Shown piece after piece: positions 58,242 to 64,000 of a stretch of 64,000 nt of DNA. How positions within the stretch are numbered: the stretch's first letter is position 1; the number at the start of each line of letters is the position of its first letter. The stretch is taken from contig CAWGTX010000007.1 of the NCBI GenBank assembly GCA_963825585.1, positions 1,839 to 65,838 of the forward strand, in the 5' to 3' direction. A program made the translations under genes and the position numbers. The notes below the pieces were generated by a model that searched no databases, was not told the origin of the DNA, and saw nothing but the letters and a program-made list of their open reading frames with translations. This stretch comes from an uncultured bacterium (GTDB lineage: Bacteria; Actinomycetota; Acidimicrobiia; Spongiisociales; ZC4RG35).

Positions 58242-58256
58242 TATATCCTGCAGGAT
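58242..58256 (-). promoter_or_regulatory. Candidate operator ATCCTGCAGGATATA
   Basis: Identical to the 53403 site; upstream of the LigI-like gene. Confidence 0.75.
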
Positions 58257-58276
58257 CAGGCGTGCGAGGCTGCTGA

Positions 58277-58930
58277 TCAATGGGTCGCGAAGGGCAGCGC
58301 CAGATGCTCGAGGGTGATAGACACGGCCCGTTCCACATCACCGGCCCGAAAGGCGTCGAGCAGTTGCCCGTGATCCTCGTGTGCCTGCTCGACCAACACT
58401 GGGCGAGCGTCGAGCGCATTGCTCACAAACATCATCGTGAGATCCTGGAGGCTCGAGATCATCGCGATCAGCCGCTTCGACGGCGTTGCCTGGTAGAAGG
58501 TGTTGTGATATTCCCTGTTGTCCTGCACCCACTGGTTGCCACCGGCACCGGGGTCCATCCGCTGGAGCACCTCAGCGGCCCGACTGAGTATCTCCGGCGT
58601 CATGCTCTCCATGGCCTCACGAACGGCAAGTGGCTCGAGCACCTGGCGGATCCGGACGATCTCGCGCATGTCCTCCTCGGTGACGGCGTTGACGGTCCCT
58701 CCGCGATAGGAGTCGAACTGGACGAGACCCTCGAACGACAGCTCACGGAGCGCCTCACGGACCGGTGTGGTGCTCACCTCCATGCCGGCGGCCACCTCGG
58801 CCAGACCCAGACGGGTGCCGGCCCGGAGCTCACCGTTGAGGATGGAACGGCGCAGGGTCTCGGCGACGAACTCGGCGGCGGTCTGCGGGCGCCGACGCGC
58901 CTGGGATGCGAGCACTCCATCACCGGCCAT
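58277..58930 (-). CDS. GntR family (FadR/FCD) transcriptional regulator
   Basis: LRRSILNGELRAGTRL...VSTTPVREALRELSFEGLV; FCD motifs RQVLE, NREYH, EDH, LEHL. Confidence 0.95.
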   Translation of the reverse strand: MAGDGVLASQARRRPQTAAEFVAETLRRSILNGELRAGTRLGLAEVAAGMEVSTTPVREALRELSFEGLVQFDSYRGGTVNAVTEEDMREIVRIRQVLEPLAVREAMESMTPEILSRAAEVLQRMDPGAGGNQWVQDNREYHNTFYQATPSKRLIAMISSLQDLTMMFVSNALDARPVLVEQAHEDHGQLLDAFRAGDVERAVSITLEHLALPFATH

Positions 58931-58957
58931 CGAACCGCTCCACGATCAAGCCCTCCA

Positions 58958-59827
58958 TCAGCGAACGGGGTTGCGCAACGTGCCAACGCCATCCACCGAC
59001 ACCTCGACGACGTCGCCGGGCTGGAGGTAGATGGGTGGGTCGAATCCGATGCCCACACCGACGCCGGTGCCGGTGGCGATCACGTCACCGGGCTCCAACG
59101 TCATCACCTCGGACAGGGTGGCGATCAACGTCGGAACGTCGAAGATGAGCGCCGAGATCGGGGCCTCCTGTCGTTTCTCCCCGTTCACGTGAGTGCGAAG
59201 CCACGACTGGGTGATGTCGGGGAGTTCGTCGGTGGTGGTGATGCAGGGCCCGATCGGGCAGAAGGTGTCGGGGCTCTTGCCGACGAACCACTGGATGTGC
59301 CGCTTCTGAAGGTCACGGGCGGTCACGTCGTTGACGACGGTCCAGCCGAACACGTGCTCGAGTGCGTCCTCTGCCGAGACGTTCCTGGCGGCCTTGCCGA
59401 TGACCACGCCCATCTCGCCCTCGTAGTCGGTGGTGCCGGTGGGGTCGTTGGCCAGCACGATGGCCTCGTCTGGGCCGATCACCGAGGTGGGCGGCTTGGT
59501 GAAGATCATCGGATTGTCCGGGATGGTCTGCTGGGTGGAGGCGTCGAAACCCGAATCGGAGAACTCCTGGGCGTGGTCGCGGTAGTTGCGACCCACCGCG
59601 AAGACGTTCTTGCGCATGCGGAGCGGGGCCCTGATAGTCACATCGACCAGAGGGATCCGTGTTCCTGCTGCGACTGCTGCCGAGACCCGGTCGAGATCCC
59701 AATCGGCGATCAGATCCACCATGTCCGTCGGGAGCCCCGAGTCGCCGGAGGCGAGGTCGATCACGGAGTCTTCGGTCAGTGCGCCCAGGCGGTCGGCGCC
59801 GTCATGGTGGAAGGTCACGAGTCTCAT
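58958..59827 (-). CDS. Fumarylacetoacetate hydrolase family protein
   Basis: VGRNYRDHA, IFTKPP, DYEGEMGVVIGK, NDVTARD, GKSPDTFCPIGP, PGDVIATGT. Confidence 0.95.
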   Translation of the reverse strand: MRLVTFHHDGADRLGALTEDSVIDLASGDSGLPTDMVDLIADWDLDRVSAAVAAGTRIPLVDVTIRAPLRMRKNVFAVGRNYRDHAQEFSDSGFDASTQQTIPDNPMIFTKPPTSVIGPDEAIVLANDPTGTTDYEGEMGVVIGKAARNVSAEDALEHVFGWTVVNDVTARDLQKRHIQWFVGKSPDTFCPIGPCITTTDELPDITQSWLRTHVNGEKRQEAPISALIFDVPTLIATLSEVMTLEPGDVIATGTGVGVGIGFDPPIYLQPGDVVEVSVDGVGTLRNPVR

Positions 59828-59840
59828 AGGTCATGCATCA

Positions 59841-59855
59841 TATCTGTTGCACGAT
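59841..59855 (-). promoter_or_regulatory. Candidate operator ATCGTGCAACAGATA
   Basis: Recurring motif upstream of the FAH-gntR operon, consistent with autoregulation. Confidence 0.65.
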
Positions 59856-59906
59856 CCGCAGGCTGGAGGGACGCCCATGGTTGCCGTTCCAGGGTGTCCT
59901 GGCGGA

Positions 59907-61130
59907 TCACGGCCGCGAGTTCACCCGGCGACGGATCGGGCGCCACACCAGGCTCCCGATCGTCACGGCCACCGCCGCTGCTCCGAAGGTGAACCGCGGA
60001 CCGAGGCCCTCGGACGTGAACGACCCGGTGGGCGGTCCGATCACCTGCGCGATCCGCACGAACGTCACCCAGGTGAGCACCATCAGGCCCCTGTACACGG
60101 TCCCACCCATGGTGGCGGCCCGATCCTGTGCGAGTGGGATGAACAACCCGAAGCCAACGCCTCCGAGCCCGAGGCCGAGCGCCACGGCCCACCACGCAGG
60201 AGCGAAGGCGGTGACAGCAGCCCCTGCCGCCATACACCAGAAGGCGATCGTCACCACGTTGGACCCGGTGCGTTTGGCGCGTATGCGCCCGATCTGCACG
60301 GCGGCGACGACACTGCCCACCTGGAAGGCGGCGATGATCAGCCCCCGTCCGGCCGATTCGATGCCGAACTCCGAGTCGAGGAAGAGCGGAGCGACCGTGT
60401 AGCCGAACCCGTGCAGGAGCACGGTGGTGGCCACGGTGGCGACCAGCACCCCCAGGAAGTCCGCGAGCTGGCGCTTCTCCCGCAGCATCGCCACCGCCGA
60501 CGCGAGATGGCGAAGTGGCGATTCGACATTGCGTGTCGGATCCGATGGCATCCGTGAGGCCCACATCGCCAACGGGTACCCGATCAGGAAGATCAGGAAC
60601 GGCCGGAAGACTCCTCCTGCGCCGATCGTGCCCGAGGCCACCGGTCCGACCATGTTGACCACGGTGACGCCGGTCAGGTTCCATCCCATCACCTTGGTGC
60701 GTTCCTTCCCCTCGAACAGGTCGCCCACCAGCACGATCCCGAGGCCGAGGATTCCCGAGGTTCCGACACCCTGGAGGAAACGGACGCCCACGAGGGCCCA
60801 GTAATCACGAGCCAGGAACCCGGCTGCACCGAAGGTGGCGAATATCAGCAGGCTGGCCAGCACGACGCGTCGTCGCCCGAGCCGGTCGGCCAGATAGCCG
60901 ATCAGCATCGACAGCAGAACCCCCGGCACCGACACCGCTGCCTGCACGACGCCGATAGATCCCCGATCCACACCGAGGGCGTCCGCCAGGTCGGGGAGGA
61001 GCGGCGAGGTGATAGAGAATCCGAGCGTTCCCATGGCTCCCACCGAGATTGCGATGGCGAGCCGCTCCCAACGCGAGGCTGCCACCCCCAGGGGATGGTG
61101 CCATGCCCAATTCGATCTCCGTTCCGACAT
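59907..61130 (-). CDS. MFS transporter
   Basis: Motif A GYLADRLGRRRV, RFLQGVG; about 12 TM helices. Confidence 0.9.
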   Translation of the reverse strand: MSERRSNWAWHHPLGVAASRWERLAIAISVGAMGTLGFSITSPLLPDLADALGVDRGSIGVVQAAVSVPGVLLSMLIGYLADRLGRRRVVLASLLIFATFGAAGFLARDYWALVGVRFLQGVGTSGILGLGIVLVGDLFEGKERTKVMGWNLTGVTVVNMVGPVASGTIGAGGVFRPFLIFLIGYPLAMWASRMPSDPTRNVESPLRHLASAVAMLREKRQLADFLGVLVATVATTVLLHGFGYTVAPLFLDSEFGIESAGRGLIIAAFQVGSVVAAVQIGRIRAKRTGSNVVTIAFWCMAAGAAVTAFAPAWWAVALGLGLGGVGFGLFIPLAQDRAATMGGTVYRGLMVLTWVTFVRIAQVIGPPTGSFTSEGLGPRFTFGAAAVAVTIGSLVWRPIRRRVNSRP

Positions 61131-61290
61131 CTGCCCGCCTCTGCACTCGAGATCCCTCGCCAACCCGTCAACAGGTGACGTTCAACAGTCCGAGCACGAT
61201 CAGACCGAAGGATGCCGGTCCGGTTGACTCGTAGACCGGTTGACTGGTCGACCCGATCGGCGAGGTGCGCCCGACCGACCCATCCTGGTA

Positions 61291-61305
61291 ATCATGCAGG
61301 ATATA
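61291..61305 (+). promoter_or_regulatory. Candidate operator ATCATGCAGGATATA
   Basis: Recurring motif upstream of the amidohydrolase gene. Confidence 0.7.
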
Positions 61306-61330
61306 TTCGATCTAACCCGGAAGGAGCCAC

Positions 61331-62320
61331 ATGGTCATCGACGTCCACGCACACATCGGCCTCGAGGCCGGCCTCGACGAAATGGCCCAGGTATATCCGG
61401 AAGGAACGCCCCGCCTGGTCGAACGCAACGGTGGCCGGTACTTCGAGTTCCCCAACGGGGTGGTGAACGGTCCACTCCCACCCGGTATGGTCGACCTCGA
61501 CCACCGGATCTCGGAGATGGACGAGGCGGGCGTCGATCTGCAGATCGTGAGCGTGCGACCCCAGATCTTCTCGTATGCCGCCGGAGCCGAGCTGGTCACC
61601 AAGCTGGCGGCAATCCAGAACGAGGCGATGCTCGACACCATCGCCGGCCGTACCGACCGGCTCCAGGGGATGCTCTCGCTGCCGTTGACCGACGCTGCCG
61701 CCTCGGTTGCCGAGATCCGTCGCCACGTCGACAACCCCGCCGTGCGGGGGGTGCTCCTCGACTCCAACATCGGGGGCATCAACCTCGACGACGAGTCCTT
61801 CGATCCGGTGTGGGCGGCCCTCTCGGAGGCCAACCTCCCCGTGCTGGTCCACCCGTATCAGGCCGACGTGGCCGGCCAGGAGCGGATGACCCGGTACTAC
61901 CTGTTCAATCTGATCGGCAACCCGCTCGACTCCACCATCGCCCTCGCCTCGGTGATCTTCGGCGGTGTGCTCGACCGCTACCCCAACCTGCGCTGGTGTT
62001 TCGTGCACGGCGGCGGCTACGCCCCGTATCAGCTGGCCCGCTGGGACCACGGCTGGAAGGTGCGCAAGGAGCCCAAAGCCCACCTCGACGAGCCGCCCTC
62101 GACCCGGTTCGGTCGCCTCTTCTTCGACTCGCTCACCCACTCCGCCGGACCACTCCACCTGCTGGCCGACATGGTCGGCTGGTCCCAGATCATGGTGGGT
62201 ACCGACTACCCCTTCGACATGGGCGACATGACCCCGGTCGAGTCGATCGACCGGCTCGAGCTGGACGACGAGGAGCGACGGGCGGTCCTGTCGGGCAATG
62301 CGGTACGATTCCTGAGATAG
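61331..62320 (+). CDS. Amidohydrolase_2 family protein (ACMSD-like)
   Basis: IDVHAH, LVHP, IGNPLDST, VHGGGY, VGTDYPFDMG. Confidence 0.9.
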   Translation: MVIDVHAHIGLEAGLDEMAQVYPEGTPRLVERNGGRYFEFPNGVVNGPLPPGMVDLDHRISEMDEAGVDLQIVSVRPQIFSYAAGAELVTKLAAIQNEAMLDTIAGRTDRLQGMLSLPLTDAAASVAEIRRHVDNPAVRGVLLDSNIGGINLDDESFDPVWAALSEANLPVLVHPYQADVAGQERMTRYYLFNLIGNPLDSTIALASVIFGGVLDRYPNLRWCFVHGGGYAPYQLARWDHGWKVRKEPKAHLDEPPSTRFGRLFFDSLTHSAGPLHLLADMVGWSQIMVGTDYPFDMGDMTPVESIDRLELDDEERRAVLSGNAVRFLR

Positions 62321-62321
62321 C

Positions 62322-62426
62322 CGGGGGCGAGGAGCGAGGAGCCGGCAGCAGCCTCCAATTGGGGACAGAATCGACCCTCTGGCGGTCGATTCTGTCCCCA
62401 GTTGAGCTCGTAGCTCGTAGCTCGTA
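62322..62426. repeat. Composite intergenic repeat: CGAGGAG heptamers, 17-bp perfect hairpin, (AGCTCGT)x3
   Basis: TGGGGACAGAATCGACC-N7-GGTCGATTCTGTCCCCA at 62360-62400. Confidence 0.8.
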
Positions 62427-62436
62427 TCCTTCACCG

Positions 62437-62925
62437 ATGACTCGATCTGCTCGCAGTCCCGACGACAGCTCGGTGGCGTTCGCCCGCATCATGACCCAGC
62501 TCGACGCCAACATGCTCGGCAACGTCCACGGCGGCGTGATCATGCGCGAGGTGGACTCGGCCGCCGGGACCGCCGCCATCCGTCACGCCGGGAGGCCGTG
62601 CGTCACCGCCGCTATCGACGAGCTGTCGTTCCTCGGTCCCGTCCACGTCGGCGACATCCTCCACGTGTCGGCCCGGGTCAACGATGTCGGCCGCACCTCG
62701 CTCGAGGTGGGCGTGAAGGTCGAGGCCGAGCCCCTGGCCGGCGGCGAGCGACGCCACACCACCAGCGCCTACATCGTCATGGTCGGGCTCGACGAGGAGG
62801 GACACCCGGTCGAGGTGCCCGGTCTGATCGTCGAGACCCCAGACGACGAGCGCCGCCAACGCCAGGCCCGCATCCGTCGCCAGATCCGAGCGGAGCGTTT
62901 GGATCGAATCCGCGCCCACGACTGA
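62437..62925 (+). CDS. HotDog-fold acyl-CoA thioesterase (YciA-like)
   Basis: DANMLGNVHGGVIMREVD, CVTAAIDELSF, VGRTSLEVGVKV. Confidence 0.9.
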   Translation: MTRSARSPDDSSVAFARIMTQLDANMLGNVHGGVIMREVDSAAGTAAIRHAGRPCVTAAIDELSFLGPVHVGDILHVSARVNDVGRTSLEVGVKVEAEPLAGGERRHTTSAYIVMVGLDEEGHPVEVPGLIVETPDDERRQRQARIRRQIRAERLDRIRAHD

Positions 62926-62987
62926 CCGCTCCAGCGAGAGGACCTCTGGGCGCTTTCATATCCAAACGACCTCGACACCTTCGAGCA

Positions 62988-63509
62988 TCAATCGAGTCGC
63001 AGGCTGCGGTGGATGTCTTTCATGAGGAGGACGAGATGGAGAGGGTCGCTCGGGGAAGCCTCGAAGCCAGGGACGAGGTGGAGATAGAAGCTACGCGCCT
63101 GTTCACTCTCAGCATGGACGATGAGACCACGGCATCCGATCGTGGCTCCGAGCTCGGCAACTCTCGCGATCACATCCTGGAGTAGTCCGGCACCAAGCCC
63201 ATGGCCCTCGTGATCGACGTCGACTCCGAGACGGGCCAACAACGCAATCGGCTGTCGGTACCGCCCGGCACCTCGGCGCAGCCGCGCAGGGGCGTCGTCG
63301 AGGGCGATGCTCCCCATCGACCATGCGTAGTAGGCCACTACCTCGACCGAATCCGGCTCGGTGACGACGAGCACTTTGGCGGTGCCAACCGAATGGGGCT
63401 GGCGGGCGTGATCGTGGAACCACGACGTCTGCTCGGGCGAGCGGCACTCGAAGCCCTCGAGGGCGTCCCCGGCATCGAGGAGCCGAGGGTGCCGGTACCG
63501 GGCCGCCAC
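62988..63509 (-). CDS. GNAT toxin (TacT/AtaT-like)
   Basis: FECRSPEQTSWF, VVAYYA, PIALLARLGVD, GHGLGAGLL, VHAESEQARSFY. Confidence 0.85.
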   Translation of the reverse strand: MAARYRHPRLLDAGDALEGFECRSPEQTSWFHDHARQPHSVGTAKVLVVTEPDSVEVVAYYAWSMGSIALDDAPARLRRGAGRYRQPIALLARLGVDVDHEGHGLGAGLLQDVIARVAELGATIGCRGLIVHAESEQARSFYLHLVPGFEASPSDPLHLVLLMKDIHRSLRLD

Positions 63510-63790
63510 TATTCGACGAACGGCGACGGCCGCTCCATCAACTGGCGTAGTCCGTCGACATCGCGGGGTGCCCGATCGTTGATCGCTTCCCAGGCGGCCA
63601 GCATTGCGCCGTCGAGAACGAAGTCGGTCCGGTCTGCGAGCACCCGATTGGCAGCCACGGTGAGCGTCGAGGTGACGAAGCTGGTCAGATCGGTGTTCAA
63701 CGCCGCTACGGCGCGATCGATGAGGGCACGATCTTCGGTGGTGGCCCTCACCTCGATCCGTTCACTCCTCGCCCGTTTGGTTGGCGTCAT
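63509..63790 (-). CDS. DUF1778 antitoxin (TacA/AtaR-like)
   Basis: SERIEVRATTEDRALIDRA...ANRVLADRTDFVL; TGTACGG direct repeat upstream (~63805-63821). Confidence 0.85.
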   Translation of the reverse strand: MTPTKRARSERIEVRATTEDRALIDRAVAALNTDLTSFVTSTLTVAANRVLADRTDFVLDGAMLAAWEAINDRAPRDVDGLRQLMERPSPFVE

Positions 63791-63887
63791 CGTGCATCAC
63801 TCATGTACGGACACTGTACGGCCACGGTGGAACTACAACAACCCTACCGAGCAACGACGAGGGACCAGGCCGTACCCGGCGGGCCTA

Positions 63888-64000
63888 CTAGAGCTGCTCC
63901 ACGTCCATCGGCTGCCCACCGGCCGAGGCGCTCCGACCCATCGCCTCCATCACGGCCACCACCGCGAACGCCTCTGGACCGCCGGTTTCGGGCTGGGTAC
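63888..64000 (-). CDS. 3' end of a probable Gfo/Idh/MocA oxidoreductase (partial)
   Basis: ...QPETGGPEAFAVVAVMEAMGRSASAGGQPMDVEQL* resembles the family C-terminal helix. Confidence 0.5.
   Translation of the reverse strand, partial: TQPETGGPEAFAVVAVMEAMGRSASAGGQPMDVEQL

Noticed and set aside
58280-59992. Long antisense ORFs (570 aa here; also 37733..38908, 48241..49728, 21091..22176, 42803..44059)
   Set aside because: These are shadow ORFs typical of high-GC DNA, opposite well-supported genes and without recognisable motifs.
1-64000. tRNA, rRNA, transposase, integrase or prophage genes
   Set aside because: None were recognisable by eye; a covariance-model scan was not possible.

Overview
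High-GC chromosomal window, probably actinobacterial and Acidimicrobiia-like (inferred from LigC, the TIGR03086 protein and the actinobacterial TA types). No rRNA, tRNA, CRISPR or transposase was seen. Most of it is a dispersed catabolic region: a Mo-hydroxylase large subunit, five ACMSD-type amidohydrolases, a LigI-type lactonase, four CMD/AhpD proteins, three crotonases with a CoA-transferase, four Gfo/Idh/MocA dehydrogenases, TauD, a 2,6-dihydroxypyridine-hydroxylase-like flavoprotein, FAH and three MFS permeases. Eight promoter regions share a 15-bp motif (ATCNTGCANNATATA), a candidate operator for the local GntR. Five toxin-antitoxin modules lie between the operons. The top candidate for a new system is the signalling locus at 22.2-31.3 kb. 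It has two tandem HisKA_3 sensor kinases with complementary defects (one lacks the phospho-His, the other the ATP-binding motifs). They are co-transcribed with a REC-HTH-class III cyclase that has non-canonical specificity residues, and lie beside two more response regulators, a cNMP-binding protein with an unrecognised N-terminal domain and an MBL-fold putative phosphodiesterase. A second notable module (47.3-50.0 kb) is an ECF sigma/anti-sigma pair plus a divergent exported paralog of the anti-sigma ectodomain, with twin back-to-back promoter motifs. Eight genes are frameshifted, probably by long-read indel errors. All calls come from motif recognition by eye; no database searches were run.
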